IMG/VR virus record: IMGVR_UViG_3300028800_000097
Location: 733 to 64,732 of that record
Source: a virus
Taxonomy: Duplodnaviria > Caudoviricetes
Direction: 5' to 3' (one strand)
DNA: 64,000 nucleotides
Each line of letters begins with the position of its first letter. Position 1 is the stretch's first letter. Positions 37,965 to 47,728 of this stretch are shown here, piece after piece. Made by a program: the position numbers and the translations under genes. Under the pieces are notes generated by a model. It had not been told where the DNA came from and searched no databases. It saw only the letters and a list, made by a program, of their open reading frames with translations.

Positions 37965-38191
37965 TGAAACTTAGGAGCCTGAACTTGCGATACCTCATCC
38001 TGACAGCGCTGCTGTTTCCGACCGTTGCCACGGCGCAAACGGCTCCGAACGCGCAAGCTAGTCTCGCCGCCTCCCTGGCCAGCAATCTGTCAATGGCCGT
38101 CGCTGAAAACGAACAACTCAAAGCGGAGGTTGCGGAACTGAAGAAGAGGCTGGCTGAGGCGCCGCCGCAACCGCCTGTGAAAAAGGACTAA
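37964..38191 (+). CDS. signal-peptide-bearing small coiled-coil protein
   Basis: MKLRSLNLRYLILTALLFPTVATA|Q...ENEQLKAEVAELKKRL. Confidence 0.7.
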   Translation: MKLRSLNLRYLILTALLFPTVATAQTAPNAQASLAASLASNLSMAVAENEQLKAEVAELKKRLAEAPPQPPVKKD

Positions 38192-38195
38192 CCCC

Positions 38196-39116
38196 ATGAA
38201 ACGCCACGCGCGCCTGCTATTCACGATCGCCGCACTCCTCGCTGGTACGAATGGCGCGCGGGCGGCGGATGCCAATATGTACCAGTTGAGCGGCACATCC
38301 TCGACTGGCGCCCCGCTATGGCAACCTGTCGGGCCGAGCAACCCGCTTTCTGTCAACGCAACTGTCAGTGTCAGTGCCAGTATCGCTGGGTTCACGCCGG
38401 CTGGAACGTACGCGTCCCTGACGGCAACGGGCTCGTCATCCGCCAGCACAGCGTTGCCGGCCGGAACGGTTGTGGCGTTCTACAACACTGGATCATCAGC
38501 GGTCAGTTGTGTTTTGGCATCCGGAACTGCAACCGCGACCGGCAGCAAGGAGGTCATTCAGCCTGGTGGATCGGCATACTTAACCGTCGGCGCCAATAAC
38601 AATGCCGCCTGCATCGATCAGGCAGGGTCAGCCTCGAACCTCGTGGTGTTATCGGGAGGGGCGGGTCTGGGGGCCAATACCGCCGGTCTACCTCCGCCTG
38701 GTAGTGCCGTATCAGCGGTGTCAGTGCCGGTTGTGATCGCCTCAGACCAGGGGGCGGTGGCGACAAAGCCTGGCAGTTCTGCATCATCGGCCGATGCGTT
38801 GGCCGCGGTCATATCTAGCGCCGCGGAGAGCGGCCATGTGCTCAAGGCGAGCGCAGGCAACCTTTACGACGCCTATGTGACCGCTGGCGCTACGGCCGGG
38901 TTCCTAATGGTCTTCAATGCTACCTCCGCGCCCGCTGATGGTGCTGTTACTCCGCAGGACTGCCTTCAGGTGCCGGCGAACACGACGCAATCGTTGTTCA
39001 CTGCTGGCACACCGCCTGAATCGTTTTCCACCGGCATCACGGCGGTGTTCAGCACCACGGGCTGCTTCACCAAGACGGCAAGTGCCACAGCCTTTTTCCA
39101 CGGGAGGGTGAAGTGA
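38196..39116 (+). CDS. signal-peptide-bearing structural protein with two jelly-roll-like domains
   Basis: [23 protein letters not shown]|A; [10 protein letters not shown]...[11 protein letters not shown]...FSTGIT resembles phage spike-base/decoration domains. Confidence 0.65.
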   Translation: MKRHARLLFTIAALLAGTNGARAADANMYQLSGTSSTGAPLWQPVGPSNPLSVNATVSVSASIAGFTPAGTYASLTATGSSSASTALPAGTVVAFYNTGSSAVSCVLASGTATATGSKEVIQPGGSAYLTVGANNNAACIDQAGSASNLVVLSGGAGLGANTAGLPPPGSAVSAVSVPVVIASDQGAVATKPGSSASSADALAAVISSAAESGHVLKASAGNLYDAYVTAGATAGFLMVFNATSAPADGAVTPQDCLQVPANTTQSLFTAGTPPESFSTGITAVFSTTGCFTKTASATAFFHGRVK

Positions 39117-40483
39117 TGCGCTCGCTTCGTCTGGCCTTATCTCTGTGCCTGCTGTCGGGGGCAGCGCTGGCACAGGGCGCATTCAGCACGCAAGGTGCCG
39201 GCGGTGGTGGCGGCGGGTCTGTATCGGTCACCGCTGGCACCTCGAATGTCGTTGTAACGCCTTCCCCTGGTACTGGCACATTCACGATCGGCACTCAGGT
39301 TCCGACAAGCGCGCAATCGGGTTCTTACGCAGTCGTCGGGGCTGACAACACGAAAGTCATCATCGGCGCAGTCGCGACCACCATCGCGCAAGCAGGAACG
39401 GGGCTTTTCGTGGCCGGGTGGGGCGCCAGCATCGTTGGTGATTCTGGCGGCGCGACCGTCCTTACCCCGACCACCTCGACCATCGGTGGCCTCGCATCGC
39501 TTGCCCTCGCGGCCAATCAGTTCGCCAGCTTTGCGGTGGATGGCTCGAACTATGACGTGGCGCTCGGCATGCCTCCGTCGGGCACGCAGAACTTGGTGAT
39601 CGCCACCCCCAACGGATCGACCGGCCAGCCGAAGCTGCGGGCGCTGGTAGGTGCGGATATCCCAGCCGCCAACCTTGCATCGAGCAGCAATGGTGGCGTC
39701 ACGGGCAACCTTCCCGTTACCAACCTCAACAGCGGCACCAGCGCTTCGTCCTCTACATTCTGGCGCGGGGACGGATCGTGGGCAACGCCGTCTGGCGGCG
39801 GCAACGTCAGCAACGTGGGCACTCCGACAAACGGTCAGCTTGGGCAGTGGACCGGAGCCACAACCATCCAGGGCATCACGACGGGCACTGGCGTTGCTAC
39901 CGCGTTGGGGGTGAATGTCGGCTCGGCCGGAGCATTCGTCACATTCAACGGAGCGCTTGGGACGCCCTCGTCGGGCACGCTCACAAGCGCGACCGGCCTG
40001 CCGATCTCCACGGGTGTCTCGGGATTAGGAACGGGTGTCGCAACCGCACTTGCCGTCAACACCGGTTCGGCCGGAGCGCCGGTCCTGTTCAACGGCGCAG
40101 GCGGAACGCCCTCGTCCATGACGGGCACGAACATCACCGGCATTCCGAACGCCGCGGTTGCTGCGGCGCCGCTGCCAACGCCGGGGACTAGCGCCACGCT
40201 TGTTGCGCCGAGATCCTACTACGTCTGCACTAGCACATGCTCCGTCACGCTGCCCACGCCAGCCGCAGGGTATGAGTTTTGTGTGCGGAACGACAACAAC
40301 GTCTCCACCGTCATAACCTTTGTCGCCATCTCATCGGTGCAGTTCGAGAACACCAACTTCACCAGCTACAAGACCGCGAACACGTCCATCGTCTCGGGCG
40401 GCGCGGCTGGCGATAAGCTGTGCGTGATGGGGCGCGACTCGACGCACTACCTCGTTATGTCCTTCAACGGGACGTGGAGTTAG
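39113..40483 (+). CDS. signal-peptide-bearing fibre protein with internal repeats
   Basis: [20 protein letters not shown]|Q; [12 protein letters not shown]; two [30 protein letters not shown] repeats. Confidence 0.75.
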   Translation: MMRSLRLALSLCLLSGAALAQGAFSTQGAGGGGGGSVSVTAGTSNVVVTPSPGTGTFTIGTQVPTSAQSGSYAVVGADNTKVIIGAVATTIAQAGTGLFVAGWGASIVGDSGGATVLTPTTSTIGGLASLALAANQFASFAVDGSNYDVALGMPPSGTQNLVIATPNGSTGQPKLRALVGADIPAANLASSSNGGVTGNLPVTNLNSGTSASSSTFWRGDGSWATPSGGGNVSNVGTPTNGQLGQWTGATTIQGITTGTGVATALGVNVGSAGAFVTFNGALGTPSSGTLTSATGLPISTGVSGLGTGVATALAVNTGSAGAPVLFNGAGGTPSSMTGTNITGIPNAAVAAAPLPTPGTSATLVAPRSYYVCTSTCSVTLPTPAAGYEFCVRNDNNVSTVITFVAISSVQFENTNFTSYKTANTSIVSGGAAGDKLCVMGRDSTHYLVMSFNGTWS

Positions 40484-40490
40484 CGGGGGC

Positions 40491-41615
40491 ATGCGTCTGG
40501 GCCTGCACTGGTTCTTGCTGTGGACGGTGCTGTTCGGTGCATCTGCCGACGCACAGATGATGCAGGCGATTGTCAATTCTCCCAATGGTTATAGAGGCCC
40601 CGGCGACATCGTTTCAGGCGCTACCGCATGGTACGGTCTACGAGCCTATAGCGCCGCCTACGCCGCTAGCCTGGGCAAAGCCATCAATCTGCGCCGTGCG
40701 TCCGACAGCGTGGCCTGTGATGTCCTGGTTGCGTCTACTGGCCGGTTGGGACTCACAAGCGCAACTTGTAACTCCTCGACGCAGGGAGGCATTACGCCTG
40801 CGGCATTCGCTGGAACCGACGCGACCGCGACGTGTTCTGCCACTGCCAGCACAACGCTCGCCTGCACTGGAGCGTCGTCCACGCCACACGCACTCGATCC
40901 GATCTCGGGGACTGGGATTACGCAACCGGCCTATATCGTCTCGTGCGGGACGTTCACCGGCGGTGCTGGCTCCTGCACGATGAACCTGGCGCAGACCGTG
41001 GCGTCCGTGACCGTGACGTTTCAGGTCGCGCTGTTTGTCGCCAAGGCTTACGATCAGAGTGGCGGAACGAATGATGCCGTACAGGCGACAACAGCAAATC
41101 AACCTCTATTTCTGTCCACATGCGTTGGCACATCAACGAATCTGCCGTGCCTGGTGTTTTACAATCTTCTCCAGGTCTTGCAGGCAACGATAACGAGTAC
41201 GGCGTTTACGACGCTCACGTATTCATTTGTTGCGATACGAACGGGACAGTTCACTACCTTTGGCGGCATTGCGAATCTTGGTACGCAGACCGTGGTGGGT
41301 GGCTTTGGTAATGCCGCAAACACTGCGGTAATCTATGCTGGGACCGTGGTGACTTCGGCTGCTGCCGACAATGCTTGGCACGCAGTACAGGAGGCGTTTA
41401 ACGGCGCTAGTTCCGTCATAAACGTGGACGGATCAAGCTCGACCGTAAACCCCGGAACTGTGTCGACCGGGCTAACGTCTTTGCAGTGGGGCGACACAAC
41501 CACAGCGCCGACTGGCGCCTCCACCGAAATGGGCATGTGGGGCGCCGTTGTTTTCAACTCTACACAGATCAGCAATATGCACACGAACCAATCAGCGTAC
41601 TGGGGGACTCCATGA
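40491..41615 (+). CDS. signal-peptide-bearing ConA/LamG-like (arabinofuranosidase B catalytic-like) protein
   Basis: ...GASADA|QMMQAIVN; AWYGLRAYSAAY...INLRRASD; YDQSG.TNDAVQATTANQP. Confidence 0.65.
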   Translation: MRLGLHWFLLWTVLFGASADAQMMQAIVNSPNGYRGPGDIVSGATAWYGLRAYSAAYAASLGKAINLRRASDSVACDVLVASTGRLGLTSATCNSSTQGGITPAAFAGTDATATCSATASTTLACTGASSTPHALDPISGTGITQPAYIVSCGTFTGGAGSCTMNLAQTVASVTVTFQVALFVAKAYDQSGGTNDAVQATTANQPLFLSTCVGTSTNLPCLVFYNLLQVLQATITSTAFTTLTYSFVAIRTGQFTTFGGIANLGTQTVVGGFGNAANTAVIYAGTVVTSAAADNAWHAVQEAFNGASSVINVDGSSSTVNPGTVSTGLTSLQWGDTTTAPTGASTEMGMWGAVVFNSTQISNMHTNQSAYWGTP

Positions 41616-42640
41616 TGAAGGGGCTTTGCTTTTCGGCGCTCTTTTCTCTGACGCTTTGCGGAATGGCATGTTCGCAGGTTGTGGGTTCCAACCAAGGTAT
41701 AATGTGGGGCATCAATGGGCATCCCGTGCAAGGCGGTCCCTACACAACGATCAGCTACGCAACACAGATGGCGGGGGTAAGCGCTGCTGGGATGAAAACC
41801 TACCGCATGGACCTATACGACGCTTCCCCCACGTCGCTGGCTGTCCTAACCAGCGTCCTGGCAGCCGCGACCACGGCAGGGATTATCGTGGTCCCCGATC
41901 TGATCCCCAACGTGCTGGCGGCTGGCACTGAGACAAACGCCTACACCCAGGGATATGCGATCGGACAGACCTATGCTGCTGCCTATCCAACCATCAGGGT
42001 CTGGGAACTGGGCAATGAATGGGAACTAGCCGTGGGGGCCGCTAACCCAGCATCTAACCCGGATGGCCACCTTATCTCCCAGTACGACCAAACCAAATAT
42101 GCGCTGGCACGGGGGGCGTTGAGAGGCATGGCGGCAGGCATCAAGGCCGCGAACCATAGCGCCCTGGTGGCAATCGGAACCGCCGGGGTGTGCCATTACG
42201 GATTTACCGACGGTCTGTGGGCCGATGGAGTACGGTGGGATATCACCGTTGAGCATTGGTATTCCCTGGCGGGTGACATCACCAATATGGCCGGATTCTG
42301 CACCGCCGGCCCGATCAACAAAGCCGCCGTGCTCCATAGCCACTACGGTAAGCCCATCTGGATCACCGAGTTCAACGATAACGCCAATCCCGCGAACAAG
42401 ACCGAGATGGCGGACAAGCTGGTATCAATGATGACACAGTGGAATGGCATTGCTACGACCTATGACATCGAGAGCGGCGTGATCTATGAACTTTACGATC
42501 AACCTGCGGCGCCTGTCGGTATCGAGCAGCACTTTGGCGTCGTATCCGCCAGTGGTACCATCAACGCTGCGGGAACTGCCGTAGTGGGCTACCTGTCGAC
42601 GCACCCGAGCAAAGTGTATACCTCACGGCAAGCGAACTGA
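41612..42640 (+). CDS. signal-peptide-bearing clan GH-A glycoside hydrolase
   Basis: WGINGH, YRMD, WELGNE (acid/base), HWY, KPIWITEFN (nucleophile), IYELYD. Confidence 0.85.
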   Translation: MMKGLCFSALFSLTLCGMACSQVVGSNQGIMWGINGHPVQGGPYTTISYATQMAGVSAAGMKTYRMDLYDASPTSLAVLTSVLAAATTAGIIVVPDLIPNVLAAGTETNAYTQGYAIGQTYAAAYPTIRVWELGNEWELAVGAANPASNPDGHLISQYDQTKYALARGALRGMAAGIKAANHSALVAIGTAGVCHYGFTDGLWADGVRWDITVEHWYSLAGDITNMAGFCTAGPINKAAVLHSHYGKPIWITEFNDNANPANKTEMADKLVSMMTQWNGIATTYDIESGVIYELYDQPAAPVGIEQHFGVVSASGTINAAGTAVVGYLSTHPSKVYTSRQAN

Positions 42641-43377
42641 TGGACCGCTTAATCCTCCCGCGCCGGAAGTTCCTACTCGCGGCTCCCGCGCTGGTCCTGC
42701 CTCATCGCCGTGCCGACGCTCAGATGATGCAGGCTATCGTCAACGGCAAAATCCCGGCAAGCGGGCCGCCCCCCGGCTGGAACCTGATCGCCAGCGTCCA
42801 CAAGGACGGCAACGGTGTAGCGTCCTCCGCCATCAACACTACGTTCGCCAACCTGCTGGTCTGCAACGCTGCCGACTTCAATAACGGCGGGGTCTCGGCG
42901 CCCACTGACTCGTACGGGAACACTTGGGTCGGGCTGACCTCTTATGTGAATTTCCTCGTCGTCAACATCTATTACGTCGTGTCGCCTACCGTTGGAGCCG
43001 GTCACACCTTTACCCCGGTCAATGCAGGCAACGGCGGCATCACTGTCCATGCCTTCTCCGGGGCCAATGCGACGACGCCATACGAGGGGCATCAGAACGG
43101 GACCACGACCGATGGAACCGGCACCGTGCAGCCAGGGTCCGTCACGCCGGGCCAGAACAACACGCTCATTTACTCGGGCTATATGTCGAACGCCGGCTCT
43201 GTAGGGGCCACGATCAATTCAGGTTTCGCGTCTCCACCCCCCCAGTCGTCGGTCGGAACAACCTGGACCTCATCGGGATCGTATTTCGTTCAGGCGACGG
43301 CTGCGGCCATCAATCCAACATGGTCTTCGGCCGGCACGGCGAACATGCGGGCCAACATCGCGGTGTTCAAGACGTGA
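42640..43377 (+). CDS. Tat-type signal protein, beta-rich structural domain
   Basis: MDRLILPRRKFLLAAPALV...ADA|QMMQAIVN. Confidence 0.7.
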   Translation: MDRLILPRRKFLLAAPALVLPHRRADAQMMQAIVNGKIPASGPPPGWNLIASVHKDGNGVASSAINTTFANLLVCNAADFNNGGVSAPTDSYGNTWVGLTSYVNFLVVNIYYVVSPTVGAGHTFTPVNAGNGGITVHAFSGANATTPYEGHQNGTTTDGTGTVQPGSVTPGQNNTLIYSGYMSNAGSVGATINSGFASPPPQSSVGTTWTSSGSYFVQATAAAINPTWSSAGTANMRANIAVFKT

Positions 43378-45899
43378 TCTGGCGCATCCTCCTCGCCCTC
43401 TTTCTGCTCTGCGTGGCCAGGCCAGCCCTGGCTCAGACCACGTTCGGGTCCGACTGCAACAGCAATCTGACCATCAGCGGCGCGGGTCTCATCCTGACCG
43501 CGGATGCGAGCTCGACCTACCGCGTGTGCCGCGCCGACAATCCGAAGTTCAGCGGTAAGTGGTACTTCACCTACACCCCTAGCGTGCTCAACGCCGGGGT
43601 ATTCATCGGCGTGGCGAGCGGGGCGACCCTCGTCCCGTATGGGGGCCTCGATCCCGCCACGTGCACGGGGTTCCAATTCAACACGCAAGGCTGCGGGAGC
43701 TACCAGACAACCGCCTCGGTCATCACCTCGGGCGGTGGCGGCATCTTCATGGTCGGGAACAACATCATCACCGGGACCGGCTCCTCAACGGTTGGGGTTC
43801 GGTCCGTTGTCGCTGTGGATCTTGACACCGACCCTCCGCAGTATTGGTTCACCCCAGATGCTAGCGGCACGAGCGGCTACAGCGGCGGCCCATTGTGGAA
43901 CGGGTCGTCGTCGTCCTCGCCAGAGGTGCCTGGGACCGGACTGCCGACATCCGGGGGCACAGGCGCGCAGTTCATCCTCAAAGGACAGCTTCAAAACCCG
44001 GTTGCGGTGCTGGCGAACAGCGATGCCGTGACGTTCAGCTTTGCGGCATACGCCCCGATCACTACCCTCCTGCCTGATTACTCGCCGTGGAATACCAGCG
44101 GCGGTGGGCCGCCATCGCCCGGACCGCTGACGCCTATGAACTCCCAGATCAGCAACGCGCCAGGCTGGACATCCGGCACGCGCGCCGTGGGCTATAGGGT
44201 GAACGCCGGACCGGGGTGGAACGGGACCAGCTACACGAGCGGCAGCAAGCTATGCCTGTTCGCTGTGACAGTCGGGGGCACCACGGGGAGTGATCCCACG
44301 GTGTTCAACACGGCCTGTAACTCGGGCACACCCGCTGGGGTGGGCGGCATTCCGACGGGCTCCTGGGGCGGCGCTACGACTGTCACGGACGGCAGCGTGA
44401 CTTGGGCGCTCCTGACGGTGGTCGATGAAGTCACCGCCACAGCGGCGCCTGCCGACACCAACACGCCGTGGGCGACCAGCACGCAATACCTGAATGGTGC
44501 CTACGTCCTGAACGGCGGGGTGGCCTACGTGCAAACCTCCCAGGCGTTGGACAAATGCACGTCGGCATCCTCGGGCAGCGGACCGACCGGTATCTCGTTC
44601 AATGGTGGCATCACCGATAACACATGCAGTTGGGCGTCACGCGCGACCATCGTCTACAGCTCGCACAACGCCATGCCGGGCCATCAGTTCACCTACAATG
44701 CCGGGGGCATCAATCCCGAGATTTCGATCTTCTACGACATCAACTTCAACCTGTGGTGGGGCGGCACGGGGGCGCCGAAGTATCAGGCCGGCCATGGCAA
44801 CGAGAATGACCCGGTGACCGAGTTTGATATTACGGACCTATACGGCGAGGGGAACATGAACTGCTGGCACGGCCTCGCCAACAACATCCTGCCAAACCCC
44901 ACGGCAGCGGTGCAGGGCCAGAGTTGTAACGGCCAGCCTTGGCTCATCCGCTATCGGCCAGCGCCCGGCGACGGTTTTGCCGATAACGCCCCGACAGGGC
45001 CTCTTGGGTACGGCGACTCGTCCAAGGGCGTCATGGTGTACTCGAATACCGCGGTCGGGGTTGGCATCAACCCGACAGGATCAGCCATGCTGATAGACAG
45101 CTTCGGGCTGGTCTTTCAGGGGTTGCAGGTCTTCTCCGTGAACGGGGCTGCGCTTGGTGGCAATATCAACGGCATCACGTCGGGGTGGACGGGGCACGTT
45201 GATAATATCTCCCTCGTCGGCAACATCTTATATGCCGGCGGTCAGAACGGCCCTGTATCCGGTGATGGTGGCACGCTCGCGATCAACAACGTGTTCGTCT
45301 ACGCGGGCAGTGATCCGATCTGCTACGGGCTCTTCAGCAAGTTTGAGTCCACCGCCGCATTCAACACCTTCATAGGGCCGGGACTGGCAACCCCACAGTG
45401 TGCGGCCATCCTCGATCTTGCGGGGGCGTTCTACAACAGCGTCGCGATCCAGAAATACGACAATGCCATCTTCGGGTTCGGGATACCGTATGTCTATTCG
45501 GACAATACCTACAGCCACGGCGCTGTGGGGGCGAGCAACGTCACCGATGTGGCCGCCTCTTACACGGGCAGTTCCTTCACCTACAACGCTGTCAGCTACA
45601 CGGGCACCCAGATGGTGGGCACCTCCGTAAACAGCGCCTCTGGTGCCGCCACGTTCGTTAATCCAACGGTTGGCGCCTCTCTCGATCTGCGGGTCAAGAA
45701 TGCGTCCTCGCCGCTGTATGGCGCGGGCGTGACCTTCTCCAACAACGGCTCGACGCCGATCATTTCGCTTGCGCCGTGGCCGCCGACGGTGGACATTTAC
45801 AACAATCTGCGCCCGACTGGCTCGCGGTTCGATGTTGGTTCCGAGCAATTCCAGCCGGGCGTTGTGCCCACTGTACTCAGGTTAAGGCTCAAACTTTGA
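43374..45899 (+). CDS. large signal-peptide-bearing adhesin/tailspike-like protein (SPRY-like, CBM-like, beta-helix-like)
   Basis: MIWRILLALFLLCVARPALA|Q; SGKWYF..., VAVDLD, WATSTQY..G, C-terminal FVNP...DLR...RP..RFDVGSEQ. Confidence 0.75.
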   Translation: MIWRILLALFLLCVARPALAQTTFGSDCNSNLTISGAGLILTADASSTYRVCRADNPKFSGKWYFTYTPSVLNAGVFIGVASGATLVPYGGLDPATCTGFQFNTQGCGSYQTTASVITSGGGGIFMVGNNIITGTGSSTVGVRSVVAVDLDTDPPQYWFTPDASGTSGYSGGPLWNGSSSSSPEVPGTGLPTSGGTGAQFILKGQLQNPVAVLANSDAVTFSFAAYAPITTLLPDYSPWNTSGGGPPSPGPLTPMNSQISNAPGWTSGTRAVGYRVNAGPGWNGTSYTSGSKLCLFAVTVGGTTGSDPTVFNTACNSGTPAGVGGIPTGSWGGATTVTDGSVTWALLTVVDEVTATAAPADTNTPWATSTQYLNGAYVLNGGVAYVQTSQALDKCTSASSGSGPTGISFNGGITDNTCSWASRATIVYSSHNAMPGHQFTYNAGGINPEISIFYDINFNLWWGGTGAPKYQAGHGNENDPVTEFDITDLYGEGNMNCWHGLANNILPNPTAAVQGQSCNGQPWLIRYRPAPGDGFADNAPTGPLGYGDSSKGVMVYSNTAVGVGINPTGSAMLIDSFGLVFQGLQVFSVNGAALGGNINGITSGWTGHVDNISLVGNILYAGGQNGPVSGDGGTLAINNVFVYAGSDPICYGLFSKFESTAAFNTFIGPGLATPQCAAILDLAGAFYNSVAIQKYDNAIFGFGIPYVYSDNTYSHGAVGASNVTDVAASYTGSSFTYNAVSYTGTQMVGTSVNSASGAATFVNPTVGASLDLRVKNASSPLYGAGVTFSNNGSTPIISLAPWPPTVDIYNNLRPTGSRFDVGSEQFQPGVVPTVLRLRLKL

Positions 45900-46074
45900 A
45901 AGCGGGGCGACATACTCAAGGTGTGACTTGCGCCACAGACAGCGGTCTGGACATGGTGCATGAATGATGCACGAAAAGCCCAAACTTGGCTTCGTGCCGT
46001 TACCTCGCGCTCTGGGCAGGTTCGTGAATTTCCCGTCAACAAAGCGTCGCGATCGCGGGGGGCGGCGTAAGGAA

Positions 46075-46401
46075 ATGATATTTTCGTCAGCGGCCTACAA
46101 GGCTCTGGAGGAGCGGATAGCCCGGCACGAAGATTGGTGCGAACGTCGAGAGGCCCTATGGGACACCCGGAGGGAAGAGGAAAGGCGTTACTCTGACGCC
46201 GCCCGGGATAAGCTAGGAGCCAAGATAGAGGGCTCCTCTGAGGCGCTCAGAGCGCTGGTCGAAGGCAATACCAAATCGCAGAACAAGCTGTTCCTGAGTA
46301 TCTCAGGGACCATTATCCTCTTGCTCCTGACCGGCGGCGGCACTTTGGTGTATGCCGTCGTTACGATGCTTTCCCACGGGGGGAAATTGGGGGGCGGGTG
46401 A
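46075..46401 (+). CDS. coiled-coil protein with C-terminal TM
   Basis: LEERIARHEDWCERR...ISGTIILLLLTGGGTLVY; start uncertain (alternative 45964). Confidence 0.6.
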   Translation: MIFSSAAYKALEERIARHEDWCERREALWDTRREEERRYSDAARDKLGAKIEGSSEALRALVEGNTKSQNKLFLSISGTIILLLLTGGGTLVYAVVTMLSHGGKLGGG

Positions 46402-46715
46402 TGCAGGACATAGTGGTGGTGGCGATCATCGGGGCTGTGCCGGGCACGCTGGCGGCAATCGTCGGTGTCGCCAGCATGGTAGTTTCCCTCCGAAATAGCC
46501 AGAGCATCTCTGTGGTGGCGAAAAATACGGACGGAATAAACGCTGCGTTCAACGAGCTGACCAGCAAAGAGGCGCACGCGCGTGGGATGCTGGATCAGTC
46601 CGCGGCGACTAATGCGGCAGGCATTCCGCCCGTCACTCCGCCAGCCGCCGATAACGTCACGGTTATAGGAGAGAACGTGACCGTAACTAAAAAGCCCATA
46701 AGGAGCGAATCATGA
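46398..46715 (+). CDS. N-terminal TM protein (holin-like candidate)
   Basis: IVVVAIIGAVPGTLAAIVGVASMVVSL. Confidence 0.6.
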   Translation: MMQDIVVVAIIGAVPGTLAAIVGVASMVVSLRNSQSISVVAKNTDGINAAFNELTSKEAHARGMLDQSAATNAAGIPPVTPPAADNVTVIGENVTVTKKPIRSES

Positions 46716-46834
46716 TGCTCATCAATGCTTGGTGGCTCTTACCCACCGCGATCGTCGGCTTCGCCGCCGGCTGGTGGTGGCGCATCCATCGCGGACCTCC
46801 GCGTGACGACAAGGGGAAATTCACAGGCGCATGA
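46712..46834 (+). CDS. 40-aa membrane peptide
   Basis: AAGGAG SD; MMLINAWWLLPTAIVGFAAGWWWRIHRGPPRDDKGKFTGA. Confidence 0.55.
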   Translation: MMLINAWWLLPTAIVGFAAGWWWRIHRGPPRDDKGKFTGA

Positions 46835-46935
46835 CCCACAACACTACCATCCTGCTGGTAGCGCTCGGTTCCAACGTCCTGACGTTCGCGGCCGGATTCG
46901 TGCTAGGGTGTCGCAGGGCGCGCGCTGGTTGGTGA
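46831..46935 (+). CDS. 34-aa membrane peptide
   Basis: ATGA coupling; MTHNTTILLVALGSNVLTFAAGFVLGCRRARAGW. Confidence 0.45.
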   Translation: MTHNTTILLVALGSNVLTFAAGFVLGCRRARAGW

Positions 46936-46951
46936 GGGAAAGGAACGAGTC

Positions 46952-47128
46952 ATGGGTCTGATAGTGCTTATTTTGGTCATCCTCTTTCTGTGCGGAGGCG
47001 GCGGTTATTACGGTTACAACCGCTTCGGCGCTGGCGGCGGCGGGATCAGCGTCGTCGGGATTCTCGTTGTCGTGCTGATCGTGTGGTTCCTGTTCGGCGG
47101 CGGCCTCGGCGGCGGCTGGAGGGGTTGA
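46952..47128 (+). CDS. DUF3309-like small Gly-rich membrane protein
   Basis: MGLIVLILVILFLCGGGGYYGYNRFG...VVGILVVVLIVWFLFG; AAGGA SD. Confidence 0.7.
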   Translation: MGLIVLILVILFLCGGGGYYGYNRFGAGGGGISVVGILVVVLIVWFLFGGGLGGGWRG

Positions 47129-47577
47129 TGAGCACTATCGACCTATCGCCCATCCTCACGCCGATCATCCAGATCGTCGGCATCGTCGTTGGTCTGTTGG
47201 TAACGGCCTACGTGCCAATCGCGCTTGCTGCGTTCCAGAAGCGCACAGGCATCCAACTCACAGACCAGCAGCGCGCGACAGTGCTCGGCGCCGTGCAGAC
47301 CGCTGCGGGGACGCTCGAGACGAAGCTGGACCAGGGCGTCGTCAAGGTGGCGCAGATCAACGTCGGCGACAGTGCGGTGGCCGAGCAGGCGCAGAAGGCG
47401 ATCAATGCCGTGCCCGATGCCATGAAGGCGCTCGGCATGACGCAGGACAGCGTGGCGCGGATAATCGTCGGCAAGGTGGACACTGCGGCGCACGGCGATC
47501 CGCCGGTGGTGCCGCTGACCAAAGCAACCCCCGTCGCCGGTGCGCTGCTGCCGCTGCCGCGTTCGATGACGCCATGA
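47128..47577 (+). CDS. holin-like protein (single N-terminal TM)
   Basis: IDLSPILTPIIQIVGIVV...KRTGIQLTDQQRATV. Confidence 0.6.
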   Translation: MSTIDLSPILTPIIQIVGIVVGLLVTAYVPIALAAFQKRTGIQLTDQQRATVLGAVQTAAGTLETKLDQGVVKVAQINVGDSAVAEQAQKAINAVPDAMKALGMTQDSVARIIVGKVDTAAHGDPPVVPLTKATPVAGALLPLPRSMTP

Positions 47578-47728
47578 CCCCAGCCGAGCGCTCCGCCGTC
47601 CGTCTCGTGATCGAGGCGATGCGCATGGTGCTCAAGGCGTCCTACCGAGAGGACGAGCGCGGCAAGACAGCGAACCGTGCGATGAAGAAACTGGACGACG
47701 CTGACGATCTGCTCAAACAAGGAGGGAA

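Noticed and set aside
42924-43373. N-terminal 150 aa of the 991-aa ORF call
   Set aside because: Overlaps the 42640-43377 gene out of frame; the coupled GTG at 43374 gives a clean signal peptide
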